DNA of 64,000 nt from Octopus sinensis (Eukaryota), in assembly GCF_006345805.1 (NCBI RefSeq), contig NC_042997.1:185256001-185320000 (forward strand), given 5' to 3'. The position numbers and the translations under genes are program-made. The notes beneath the pieces were generated by a model. That model ran no database searches. It was not told where the DNA came from and worked only from the letters and a program-made list of their open reading frames with translations. Each line of letters begins with the position of its first letter. Position 1 is the stretch's first letter. Of the stretch, positions 38,270 to 51,196 are shown piece after piece.

Positions 38270-38696
38270 TCATGCATTCCTGATAGGAAACTCAGACATT
38301 CCCGTGTCCTTGGCGATGGACCTGATTAACTCGGAGCGATCGTTGTCAATCATGTCTTGGATCTCCCCAACAATTTCATGAGTTCTATTCTTAGTAGAAT
38401 CACGAGGGTGAGTTTTCCGGGCTGCCGTACCTTCATAATCACCATTAGACTTACCCAACTCTTTCCGAATCCTCTGCACTGTCCTCAGATTGACACCCAA
38501 ACACTCTGAAATGTTCATATTGGAGCTTCAGAGGCGAATGCTAAGCAGTTTAGCATGCCATTTAGAAATTTCTGGCAGAGGAAATTGCATCATGGTGCTG
38601 GTTTCCTCACAGGCTGTGCCCAACTGACTATAATGTATATTCGACAAAATCAAAATGGTAATTATAAAATGGCGATAATTTACCCATCGCACCCTG
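38270..38696 (-). mobile_element. Left end of a mariner/Tc1-superfamily element (TIR CAGGGTGCGATGGGTAAATT) with N-terminal HTH relic
   Basis: TA|CAGGGTG terminus. Translation NISECLGVNLRTVQRIRKEL...IRSIAKDTGMSE resembles the paired HTH of Tc1/mariner transposases. Confidence 0.75.
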
Positions 38697-38706
38697 TATA
38701 TATACA

Positions 38707-39115
38707 TATACTCTTTTACTCTTTTACTTGTTTCAGTCTATTGACTGCGGCCATGCTAGAGCACCGCCTTTAGTCGAGCAACTCGACCCCGGGACTTATT
38801 CTTTGTAAGCCCAGTACTTATTCTATCGGTCTCTTTTGCCGAACCGCTAAGTGACGGGGACGTAAACACACCAGCATCGGTTGTCAAGCGATGTTGGGGG
38901 GAGACAAACATAGATAACACACACACACACACACACACATATATACAAATGCGACGAGCTTCTTTCAGTTTCCGTCTACCAAATCCACTCACAAGGTTTT
39001 GGTCGGCCCGGAGCTATAGCAGAAGACACTTGCCCAAGATGCCACGCAGTGGGACTGAACCCGGAACCATGTGGTTGGTTAGCAAGCTACTTACTACACA
39101 GCCACTCCTGCGCCT
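38707..39115 (-). mobile_element. Family-A tRNA SINE, full length
   Basis: Head GCCACTCCTGCGCCT at about 39101-39115; tail TACTCTTT repeats. Confidence 0.93.
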
Positions 39116-39236
39116 ATATATATATATATTATTAATAGAAATGATAAGACAACAAAGGAATGAAAGAGATCTCGATATTATGTAAATAGAGGAATTTATC
39201 TGTAAATGTAATATGCGACAATTATTCGGGGGCCAT

Positions 39237-39296
39237 GATAAAACTCCGAAGTTCAGTTTCGGGGTGGAAATCCACGCCGCCATCTCTTCAGTTATC
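39237..39296 (-). ncRNA. Hammerhead-like motif (atypical stem II)
   Basis: GATAA CTGAAGA G...GTGGATTTCCAC..C GAAAC TGAACTTCGGA GT T TTATC. Stem I is GATAA/TTATC and the core is intact, but stem II is bulged. Confidence 0.5.
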
Positions 39297-40089
39297 CGGC
39301 CATCGGAAAAAAATCTTTGTATATTTTTCAGTATTTAATGCATTTTGCATTTATTGTATGTGTGTGATTGTGTATGCATATGGATGTATGGTAGGCATAT
39401 ACTATTTGTCATTACTTTCAAAGTAATATTGCATATAACTTGATAATCTTTTTCGTAATATAATCTATTATTAATGATCGTATATTAAGTTTCATAGAGT
39501 AACGCATTTCTAGCAGAATTATTCATCAATGCATTAACGTTTTCTAATCGGTTCAAATATAATGTGTATCAAATAATAGTAAACTGTTGTATTTCTGTTT
39601 TTTTTTTACTCTGTGACGTAGCAAATTAAATTATAAAATTGTATATATGCATAGGTTAGGTTTAGTTTGTTAAAGAGAACAAATAAATAAATGATATATA
39701 TGTAAATGAATAAATAAAAATGATTTGTTAGTAAGTAGGCCATGTGGTGCCTACGGGTGAGAACCACCGTTTACTTTCGACATTTGTGAACAAGTGGAAA
39801 AGCTTTTAAGAAATGTCTCTCGTCTCATTGATTTTCATTTATTTTGTTTTTCAAATTATGATTGTATTTATGGATCAATGATCTCAGATGTTACGGTCAA
39901 ATGGAGTTTTAAGTGAACTGTGTGCTAAAGGTAGTTACATTTATTTATCTTTTTATTTATTTATTCTTGATCTGTGATCTTTTGGAACTGATTATTATTG
40001 ACTGCGAAATGTGATTTATTGTTGATATAATATTCAAGTACAAAAGCTACCGCTTCTATGATAATAATAATGATGATGATGATGATAGT

Positions 40090-40231
<142 letters not shown>

Positions 40232-40236
40232 TAATA

Positions 40237-40655
40237 ATGGTAATATCTCATAATATCTCAGCGAAAGAGTTTGACAAGCTCAGAAAATATAAAGATCTAC
40301 TCATTGAAATTGAGAAAATGTGGCATCTCAAGGCGGTTACAATACCAGTGATCGTAGGAGCACTAGGAATAATCAAGAAGGGAACCGAAAATTATATGAG
40401 AATGATCCCTGGCTTACCATCCCTGCAAGAAGTGCAAAAGATTGTCTTAACTGGTACATCACACGTATTGAGAAGAGCATTGTCGATGTGAGAATTATTA
40501 CTACCCATGTATTTTAATTTAAGTTAAAAAAAAATGAACGAACTATTGAGTTTAGTTTAATGGCCTACCAATGTATACTATGAGTTTCTTTGCCCTAGGA
40601 GTCGGGAAGACACTCGGCAAGAAATTGAAGCAAATTTGAAAGAAGAAAAAAAAAA
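40237..40655 (+). mobile_element. 3' end of an R4/Dong-clade LINE (restriction-like endonuclease C-terminus) in (TAA)n
   Basis: KEFDKLRKYKDLLIEIEKMWHLKAVTIPVIVGALG...LQEVQKIVLTGTSHVLRRAL*. TAA tracts lie at 40058-40236 and from 40656. Confidence 0.85.
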
Positions 40656-40682
40656 GTAATAATAATGGTAATAATAATAATA

Positions 40683-40723
<41 letters not shown>

Positions 40724-41717
40724 CTCATTTGGAAACAAACAAAATCATTTCCGATTTTAGTGTTAGATTTTTATTACAATCAGTATCTTTCTTCAACGCT
40801 AATAGAGAATAGTCACATCATCCTGGCCTAGTTGAAAATAAGTAAAGATTTTTCTCAAGTATCTATGTCGTACTGAGTTTACAGAATTTCACAAGTGAAA
40901 CTAATTTTACGAGTATTTTCTTTAGTTTTCCTTTATCTATAATCACCATTCGTAAACCTGTTTCATACCAAGGTGATACTATGGGTACATCTTATATTCA
41001 GGGATATACTATCATCTGTTGGGAATGACAGATGCTGTGCAATTAAATCGAAGTAACACAGCTGTCTAGTAGATTAGACGAGCATACGTGAAATGTTATT
41101 TGTATCTCAATGAAATGTCTGAAATCGATGCATGAAGCTAAAAGTAAACATACCAAGTGGGAATTTATTAAAAATTTAACACATTCCTTCTTGGTGATGC
41201 AGTGTTGTTTAAATATCTTGCATAGCTTCCCGCTTCTTTGTCGTAATATTAAATGACTCTCCCATCACCTTTCATTCTCTTTGACACGTTGTAGCCACGT
41301 TATAACAGTGTAATTTCCGACTGAATCATACTGTCCCACCCATGCACCATCCCGCAGGACAACTGAATCTTTGCTAAGACTTCAGCTTAACTGTGACTGA
41401 AGTCTTTGTCCACAATATACACAGAGTACTGCAATTCACATTCATTTAAGAAAAGCACCGTTGCTGTGTCCGTACTAAGGTTTCCAAGCAATGGACATAA
41501 GAGTCTGCTCTTCAATGTTTACCATCAAAAGCTAAGGAAAAGTTGAAGAACGAAAGCAAATTGTAAAATGTAATCAATAATGCGTCTCCCTCGTCTCCAC
41601 GGAATCAAATAAAAACAATCATAGCAATATTTGAAATAAAAGATTAAAAAATTTCCTCTGTTCAATCCAAGCCCAAATTAGCATGTATGTATTAATTTTA
41701 AGAGCAGGTTAGATACT

Positions 41718-41944
41718 GTAAAGGCGGCGAGCTGGCAGAAACGTTAGCACGCCGGGCGAAATGCGTAGCTGTATTTCATCTGTCGATACGTTCTGAGTTC
41801 AAATTCCGCCGAGGTCGACTTTGCCTTTCGGGGTCGATAAATTAAATACCAGTTACGCATTGGGGTCGATGTAATCGACTTAATCCGTTTGTCTGTCCTT
41901 GTTTGTCCCCTCTGTGTTTATCCCCTTGTGGGTAGTAAAGAAAT
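41718..41944 (+). mobile_element. Family-B SINE, monomeric, with TSD
   Basis: Head GGCGGCGAGCTGGCAGAAACGTTAGC. AGGTTAGATACT is present at 41706-41717 and 41945-41956. Confidence 0.92.
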
Positions 41945-43108
41945 AGGTTAGATACTATAAGCAGCAGCAATAACAAAGTTTGTTGTTACAATTCGTAAGA
42001 AAATTTTTTTTTGTGATGCGTTTGTTATTAATGCAATAAGGTGGCCGTTTTAGTTCTATTCTTTTACATTCGTCATAATACTTCCAAGGATGAAAATATA
42101 TTCAAAATGTAACTCTATCTCAGTAATACGGCTATGTCAATGTATGTGTATACATGTTTATGGGTAAGTACAAATGTGAGCACAATCACACATATACACA
42201 TATACATACATGCGCACACACAATCACACACACGCATAATCCCACCACCGCCATAGAGTGAATTTATCCCATGCATATTTTACATATAAAACGAAATGCA
42301 ATCTATACGCCTATATATGTTTGCCACAGAGCAGCAGAGGCACTCTTAGACTGTGTATGTGTGTATATATGAACGTGCACACGTGCACACACATGCACGC
42401 ACACACACAGACACACACACGCACACATACACACACACACACACACACACATGAAGAAAAGATAGTATGTAACGTGATGTATGACATTACAGATAGTGCC
42501 ACTGTTGCCCTTAAAAGACATAGTAACGCATTAATACTCTATCGAGATAAGTTCGATCTTACTGTTTGCAATTGGTGCGAACTGGTTGATGATATGAAAT
42601 TCCAGTGAAACGTAAATCGAACCGTTTTTTCCTCATAACTAAATTTGATGACGCTATCCACAAAACTCACGCACACACACAAATACATAGATTCGCAAGC
42701 ACGCGCATACTTAGATAAATAGGTACATAGGTGCGTGCGTGCATGTGTATGTGTGCGTGTGAAAATACCTCGCCTTAAAACGATATTCCGAATACAAATG
42801 CAGCAATAGATAATAGCTGGATATTTGGAGTAAACGAAATATGGGAATGAATAATGTTGTGATACCACCTTGATAACTCGAACCACGCATTCAATGTAAC
42901 CTAGAGTGTTGTGTTTGTGTATGTGTGTGAATGAGTTTGGTCTGGACACCAATGAGATCGTTACTGAGAAGGTTTTGCTGTAAGTTGAGAGCTGCAGGAA
43001 GAACATGTGCAGGAAGCATATTCCACTTAGCCGATAATCCGGGATCAAAGGTCAGGTGTAATGATTAGTGCAGGACCTCGAGTATTGAACATAATATAGA
43101 ATGATGAG

Positions 43109-43529
43109 ACGGTGGGCTGGCAGAAACGTTAGCACGCTGGGCGAAATGCTTAGCGGTATTTAGTCTGCTACTACGTTCTGAGTTCAAATTCCGTCGAGGT
43201 CAACTTTGCCTTTCATCCTTTCGGGGTCGATAAATTAAGTACCAGTTACGCACTGGGGTCGATATAATCGATTTAATCCCTTTGTCTGTCCTTGTTTGTC
43301 CCCTCTGTGTTTAGCCCCTTGTGGGTAGTAAAGAATTAGGTATTTCGTTTGCCGTTACATTGTGAGTTCAAATTCCGCCGAGGTCGGCTTTGCCTTTCAT
43401 CCTTTCGGGGTCGATTGAATAAGTACCAGTTACACACTGGGGTCGATGTAATTGACCTAATCTCTGTGTCTGTCCTTGTTTGTTCCCTCTATGTTTAGCC
43501 CCTTGTCGGTAATAAAGAAATAAGAATAC
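43109..43529 (+). mobile_element. Family-B SINE: one head plus two body units under a single TSD
   Basis: AGAATGATGAG is present at 43098-43108 and 43530-43540. Confidence 0.9.
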
Positions 43530-45024
43530 AGAATGATGAGGAAAGAAAATAGGAGTGTTTTGAAAGTGCATGATTGCAGGTGACACAAAAACAGCCAGTA
43601 TTAGCCGTAATATAGGTAAACTTAGGAAAATGTCGTTAGGCGTGTGATGTGTGTCTTGAAACCAATCTGTCGAGAAACCTTTATTTGTATGTGTAAAGCA
43701 ATAACATCCTTCCATATTTGGATCACATTTGAATTTCGTATATGGTTAGAGATTTTAAGAGTTTGAAGGATTTTTAGCATGAACGGGTAATACCAATGCT
43801 TGTGAGGCAATCTCTGTTATACTGATGAAATGTCTTCGCCAGGAGAGAGAGAGAGAGAGAGAGACGCAATCATTATAAAACACTGTATAATCAGTGGCTT
43901 ACTAGTCCTTGTGTTTTACCCCTCACTCCTCGCTTGACGACCTATGTTGGTTTGTTTACATTCGTGAAACCTAGTAGTTCGGAAAAAGAGAGAATAAAAG
44001 TACCAGATTAAAAATAAATAATGTTCTGGTGTCTATTTGTTTAGCTAAACCTTTTAAGGCTGTGCCCCAGCATGGCCACAGTTCAATGACTGAAACAAGA
44101 TAACGATTAAAGATATACAACGATGTAAGCTTGTATTTGGATGTCTTTGCATAAGCCTCGTTTTATTATTGTAATTGATGCGTTTTTGTTGTTAATTAGC
44201 CCAGGTAAACTTTGAGCAGACGTATGATCAAAGATGTTCAAGGTATGGTAAATTCTTGTTTACGTGTGTAGCATTTCAAGTATCATACCATCCAATAATT
44301 GTTTCTGTGTTTTTATCTTTTAAGATGACAAGATAGCCAGGTCATTTAATCTAGTAGAATTTGCTGCCAAATCTTTAATTTATTAGAAAGTCGTAGAACA
44401 CACCATAAAATGTCCATATGCAATTCATGGGAGAAGTCTACGGTGGGAAAGCCTTAATATTCCCACTAAGTGCTCGTTTGTGGTGTCACTGAAAAAGGTC
44501 AAACGACCGGTCGTCTTTTGACAGGTTGACGAAGCAGTTCAGTAGAACTCTCCACTCTCGTTATAACCAGGAATTTCTTGAAGAATGCTGGAAGATATGC
44601 TGGTCAAACTTTTCAATCTGTCATCTTGTATTGCTTCTTGGGTAATTTAATTTCTTTCTTAACGTGTTGGATATTCACTGCTTCTATGAAAACACATACT
44701 GAGAGTATAGGCTTAATATATAATGTATATGTGTATGTGTGTGAATAATATTTGTACGTAGATAAGTATATATGTGATACATTCACATGTAGGGCATAAA
44801 ACAGCTTCGATAGTAGAACTCGAAATTCATAAAGCTATGAATAACAATGCAGACTATTGACTTAGGAAACTCTTGGATGGGAAAAAAGTCAAATGCTGTT
44901 CACCTAAGACGTTTTACAATCCATTATTCTAGACGCTGTTATTTATAGCTTCATCTGCTTCGAATTACACAGTTAAAACTATTAATCTCATATCTGTCGA
45001 AATTTGAAAGATTTTCGATATATA

Positions 45025-45055
<31 letters not shown>

Positions 45056-45991
45056 TGTATGTATGTATGTATGTATGTATGTATGTATGTATGTCATTAA
45101 TCAATTTTATTTTAAGATTTCTTGCTAATAAAGAAAGAGCCGGTTTCTAACCTAGATCCAAAGCTCCTTTATTGGAATTTCAACAACACCAACATGGTAT
45201 TTTTGTATATATATATATATATATGTGCAGATTTGTATGTTTTGCCTTATGTATGTAGTGTCATGCAGCATGTTGCATATCTAAACATTCTCATATATAC
45301 TTAAATGATAAACTTCTGCACAGTTTTACGGATTTTTACAGTATGTATGTATGTATGTATGTATGTATGTATGTATGTATGTATGTATGTATGCAGGTAT
45401 GGTTGTCAGTATACGTCTATGTGTTTATATGTGCATGCATTTGTTTCTGATTTTTTTTTTATCGGCAAAATATTTTTTAAAAAGTGGCTTAAGTTTGATA
45501 TGTACTATGCTCGAAAATCTCCAGCTCCCGAGACATATTTTTAACTTTCTGTCGATGATAACACACACGCACACCTACACACGCAAGTACACACACATAT
45601 ACTGAATCTTTTCGTCTCCTGTATGTTCTAACAACCATTTATGTGTGTATGTGTGTGCGTGCTTGTTTGAGTGTGTGTAAATTGAGCTTGTGTGTGTATG
45701 CGTGAATTATCGTATAGTTTATATAACTCGAGCTCGGGTACCATGATATTCTAACCTTTTGATCTTAGTGTTAACTGCCTAATTAAAATCATAGCAAAAA
45801 AACGAACAAAAAAGGACAGATTTCATGTTTTTCCGTGATCAAAGTCGCTATGTAAGGAAATCTAGACAAATAGAAAATAAATCTAAACTTAACATCTTTG
45901 AGCTTCAAACTAAAAGATCAACAAAATAAAAAAAACAAACAAGGAAAATAAAAAGACCTACGAATTTGTTTAATATATAATTTATACCTGA

Positions 45992-46375
45992 CTAGCAGTA
46001 TCGCCCGGCGTTGCTCAGGTTTGTAAGGGAAATAACTATAAAGTATTTTTAGAGAGTTATAGCCAAAAAATAGCAAAAAAATGGAAAAAAATGATGGTAA
46101 ATTTTTTTTTGAGATTTAAAAAAGGTGGAGTTGCGTCCCCTAGACAGTTTGTGGTTCGTGTTTCTGATTCTCGACCCCATGTCGAATTTATCGATTTTTT
46201 CAGAACTGGGGGAAATTTTCAAAATTTTCGCTGCGTTAGTTTTGAATTATGACATTGGGCTATGTGTGTGTCAAGTTTCATCAGAATCGGTTGAAAGCCG
46301 TGGTCAGGGTGAGGGTACAAGCAAACAGACACACAGAAACACGCACAGACAAACTGCCGTTTATATATAGAGAGA
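45992..46375 (-). mobile_element. Non-autonomous Helitron
   Basis: Minus strand A|TCTCTCTATATATAAA...CCTGAGCAACGCCGGG hairpin...CTAG|T, giving 5'-TC, 3'-CTAG, AT target and no TSD. Confidence 0.85.
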
Positions 46376-46841
46376 TATGAAGCAAACTTATTCTAACGTG
46401 ATGTTTTGCTTTGATTACATCAATATTCCACAACATTTTTTCTCTTTGTGACGCAATCAAGATGAAATCAATATTTCCTAGGGTTCGTCGTGTTGTTTTG
46501 TTTTTAAAGTAAAATCACTTAAAAATATGAAAATTTAGGGAAAAAAAAGACTATTGCTTATCTTGTTTTATTAAATTTTGTGTTTTACGAAATTATGAAT
46601 TAAACCTCTTCCAAGCATAAATATAATTTTTGTGAAACGTTAGATAATTTTGTTTTTTTTTAAAGCCACGGTGCACTAGTTTGTCGTAGTGTATCTATGC
46701 GTCACATCGTATTGCTTCGTTTGGGTTAACCCGGTTAAGTGCAACAGACTATTGGGCAATAAAACAATTTTAAAATTTTTAATAGAAAAATTGTTATTTT
46801 CTTTGTAGTGCTGTGATTTTATTTCTGAAATATCGACACTT

Positions 46842-46842
46842 A

Positions 46843-46914
<72 letters not shown>

Positions 46915-46985
46915 GTCTGTCTGTCTGTCTGTCTGCCTGCCTGCCTGCCTGCATGCCTGCCTGCCTGTCTGACTGTCTGTCAGTT
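46842..46985. repeat. Compound tetranucleotide microsatellite (ATCT)n(GTCT)n(GCCT)n
   Basis: Direct reading. Confidence 0.95.
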
Positions 46986-47053
46986 GGCTTGTCTGTCAGT
47001 CTCTGTCTTCTGTGTGTCTGTTTCTCTCTCTCTCTCTCTCTCTCTCACTTTCT

Positions 47054-47105
<52 letters not shown>

Positions 47106-47134
47106 TTTATTTTAAGCAGCAGAAAATTCAACAA

Positions 47135-47177
47135 AATCTGTTACTCTGAGTTTCTCGTTGCCGTTCATCAGACAGTT
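47135..47177 (-). ncRNA. Minimal type I hammerhead-like motif in a short (TA)n-flanked PLE-type fragment
   Basis: AACTGT CTGATGA ACG-gcaa-CGA GAA ACTC-A-GAGT A ACAGATT. The core is intact, stem I is CTGT/ACAG and stem III is palindromic. Confidence 0.7.
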
Positions 47178-47582
47178 TATATATCATATGCAAACATATG
47201 CGCACATGCATACGTACAAAGATGAACAAATCTATAGTTGTTCAAATCTACTCCCTTAGAACATAATGTGGGCAGAGGAATTTGCGAAACGTAAAATATG
47301 AGAGACATGAGATGCTTTCTTGTTGCTATTTATGCATATTTTCTCCACGTGCAGCCATATTCAGATTTCTTTTTTCATAAAAAGTTTTGAAGATTTAAAA
47401 TTATATATTATATTTTTCTGGCAGGTATGAGTTGCATGCTTTAGATTTGTTGGAATATGAAGCTGCGATTTCCACAAGTGTATGTACCTAGTGGGCTGGA
47501 CGAATAGATTTATTTAGATGTCTAGAAACCTTCCTAGAAGCATGTCGATGTTTAGTACTAGTAGGGGATTGGAATACTATTT

Positions 47583-48449
<867 letters not shown>

Positions 48450-48450
48450 T

Positions 48451-48494
48451 ATGTGTCTCTTTCTGTAGAAGAGCGTAGGCTCGAAACGTAAAAT
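48451..48494 (+). mobile_element. Short PLE hammerhead-like fragment at the inversion junction
   Basis: TCTCTTT-CTGTAGA-A-GAGCGTAGGCTC-GAAACGTA-AAA. Confidence 0.65.
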
Positions 48495-48926
48495 ATATAT
48501 ATATATATTTATATATATATATATACCACACAACCACTTACCACATAGCCACTCCTACGCCAATGTCGTATTTAGAAAAATTAATCGTTAGGTTTACTGA
48601 CAAAGATATATTTGGGTATCCAGAAGTGAATCTGGTTGGCTACACATATTACGAATTTATGATATTCATGGTTGTTTTAGATAGGAACACGGCTGCTAGA
48701 AGTTCAACGTATCTTTCCCGGCGCGAAAAACTACGGAAAACAGATTAGAGAGCTAGAAAATCTATGTTTGCCCTAAGCGTCTTATGGTTATATGCCAGAG
48801 CGGTTTGGTAACCTTTTGGTAAACGTCGATCACAACTGTCAGCAAAGCGAGAGAATCCTGGTCTGTGTGCCGAGGAGTGTTAACTTTGCTGAGAAAGAAT
48901 ACTAATACAAGAGGTCTTATAAACAA

Positions 48927-49326
48927 CTAGCAGTATCGCCCGGCGTTGCTCGGGTTTGTAAGGGAAATAACTATACAGCATTTTTAGAGAGTTATAGCCA
49001 AAAAATAGCAACAAAATGCATTAAAAATGGAAAAAATATGATGGTAAATTCTTTTTAAAATCGTTGACTCATCGTAGACATTTTTAGAGAGTTACTTCCC
49101 TTATATAATAGCGAAAAAAATGCATTAAAATGGAAAAAAAAAGGATGGTAAATTATTTTTAAAATCGTAGACTCATCGTAGACGCGCGCTAATACCCAGA
49201 AGGGCTTGATATGAATCACGACTATAAGATACCCGGTTTTGGTTAAACTGCACCGCAAAATGTGGGAGTAGTTAGGAATCTAAATCGTAGGAGACAGACA
49301 CACAACTTCACTTTTATATATAAAGA
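48927..49326 (-). mobile_element. Non-autonomous Helitron with internal approximately 95-bp tandem duplication
   Basis: Minus strand A|TCTTTATATATAAAAG...CCCGAGCAACGCCGGG...CTAG|T. Confidence 0.85.
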
Positions 49327-49847
49327 TTCCTTCCCTTCACCTTGCTAAATGCAGTTTTGGCCAAGGGGTTAGCAAAAAGATTGGCGCTCGTTGTATTTTT
49401 CTGGTAGTTACTGGTAGTGACTCTTCTGCTTCATGGAATCACTCGCATTTATTTATTATCGTTATTCTCAGAATTTCAGAATTTATCTGACTTAATTCTA
49501 GAATAACCTCATACAGGCGGTGCAAGTGATAGAAAGAGCGGCAATATTTATGCTAGTATGACAGTAAGTAACTAGGTCCAAGTTAAAATGAAATGCCAGA
49601 AAACAGCAGAGTGCTGAAGAAAAAAAAATGAAGGCTAAAAGCCTGTGAATGAAATAAAGAGTAAACCAAAGATTAAATAAGAAATAAACGGAAAAAGAAA
49701 GAATTTGATTACAAATCTGGAAATGTCAGATGTAATTTCATGGTCAAATTCAGATCAATCATACACTTCTTTCTTTATTTACATATAGTTTTAACGCCGC
49801 AGACGAACTATATACACATACATACATACATACATACATACATACAT

Positions 49848-49928
<81 letters not shown>

Positions 49929-50434
49929 CTTGCATGCTCCGATCCACGTGGTGTGTGTGGGCGTATGTTTGCGTTTGTATATATCAGTTAATGTAGCTAC
50001 GAACCTGTTCGCTATGTATTTTTGAAATTTGAACTAATATTTATATGAATGGGTTTTCTATTTGTAAGCACACAATTGAAATCTGCTTATCAAGTGCTGT
50101 TTTTTGTATAGAGATATATATGTGTGAGTGAGCGTGTATGTGTTTGTGTGTATAATTGAGTGACTATGTGTATGTACGCGCCCGTGCGAGTGTGTATGCA
50201 TATATGTATGTATGTCTGTATACTTATACCAATCACTCGACATAGGAAATAACTTAGTATCAGCATGTACCATGGCTTCGTTAATGTGCCGATTTGGTTA
50301 ACCTCAAAGACAGAGACACACTTGCCATCTCAGTTCTGAACCGGAAGTTGTGCCCCCTGGATGTTGGCCGGCGGGTACGTTCTTTATCGCGCAGAAAATG
50401 ATGACAAGTAGAGACTTCTCCCGAATCAGCATGG

Positions 50435-50470
<36 letters not shown>

Positions 50471-50586
50471 GATATTGATATAAATTCATATACATATACA
50501 TTTATATACACATAAATCCATAGGTATATCAATCTCTCTCCCTCTCTCTCACACACACACTTTCTCTGCATGAATATATATATCTA

Positions 50587-50667
<81 letters not shown>

Positions 50668-50752
50668 ATATATATATATATGCATGTATGTATGTATGTA
50701 TGTATGTATGTATGTATGTATGTATGTATGTATGTATGTATATATGTATATT

Positions 50753-50962
50753 GTTAATCCAAACATGAGCAAAGGAAAACACAACAACGCGAGGATGTGG
50801 AGCAAGTATAATGCTATTGGAAGCTCAGGAAAGGAAAGAAAGAAGGAGGATTTGCCGTTTCGAGCGGAGTTCCTCGTCAGAAATATAGAAAAAAAGGAAA
50901 ATACCAAGGAAAGGAAGACGGAGAAATAAAATCGCCAACGATACACACGCACAAATACATAC

Positions 50963-50963
<1 letters not shown>
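50753..50963 (-). mobile_element. PLE-type pseudo-LTR fragment (GAGCTCCGCTC family)
   Basis: Minus strand ATTT-CTGACGA-GGAACTCCGCTC-GAAACGGC-AAAT. Homologous to 9192-9391. Confidence 0.65.
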
Positions 50964-51003
<40 letters not shown>

Positions 51004-51006
<3 letters not shown>

Positions 51007-51151
51007 AGAGTTTACGATAAAAATATAAGACGGAGACAGGTGGTGTACAAAACAAACAGATGTATTAGTATAACGCTCAGGAACAGAAAAAGTATTTTAC
51101 GTTTCGAGCCTACGCTCTTCTACAGAAAGGGACACAGAATAAACAAGGAGA

Positions 51152-51154
<3 letters not shown>
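51004..51154 (-). mobile_element. PLE-type pseudo-LTR fragment (GAGCGTAGGCTC family)
   Basis: Near-identical to 28139-28312. Confidence 0.65.

Positions 51155-51196
<42 letters not shown>

Noticed and set aside
41150-41540. Non-repetitive block with short open frames
   Set aside because: All frames examined have stops and no recognisable motif, so it could not be assigned.
44379-44682. Possible terminal exon on the minus strand (acceptor at 44683, AVNIQHVKKEIKLPKKQYKMTD*, AATAAA at 44379-44384)
   Set aside because: These signals are common in AT-rich DNA, and there is no homology or upstream exon to support it.
46270-46295. CTGATGAAACTTG in the Helitron (minus strand)
   Set aside because: There is no stem II or GAAA in register.
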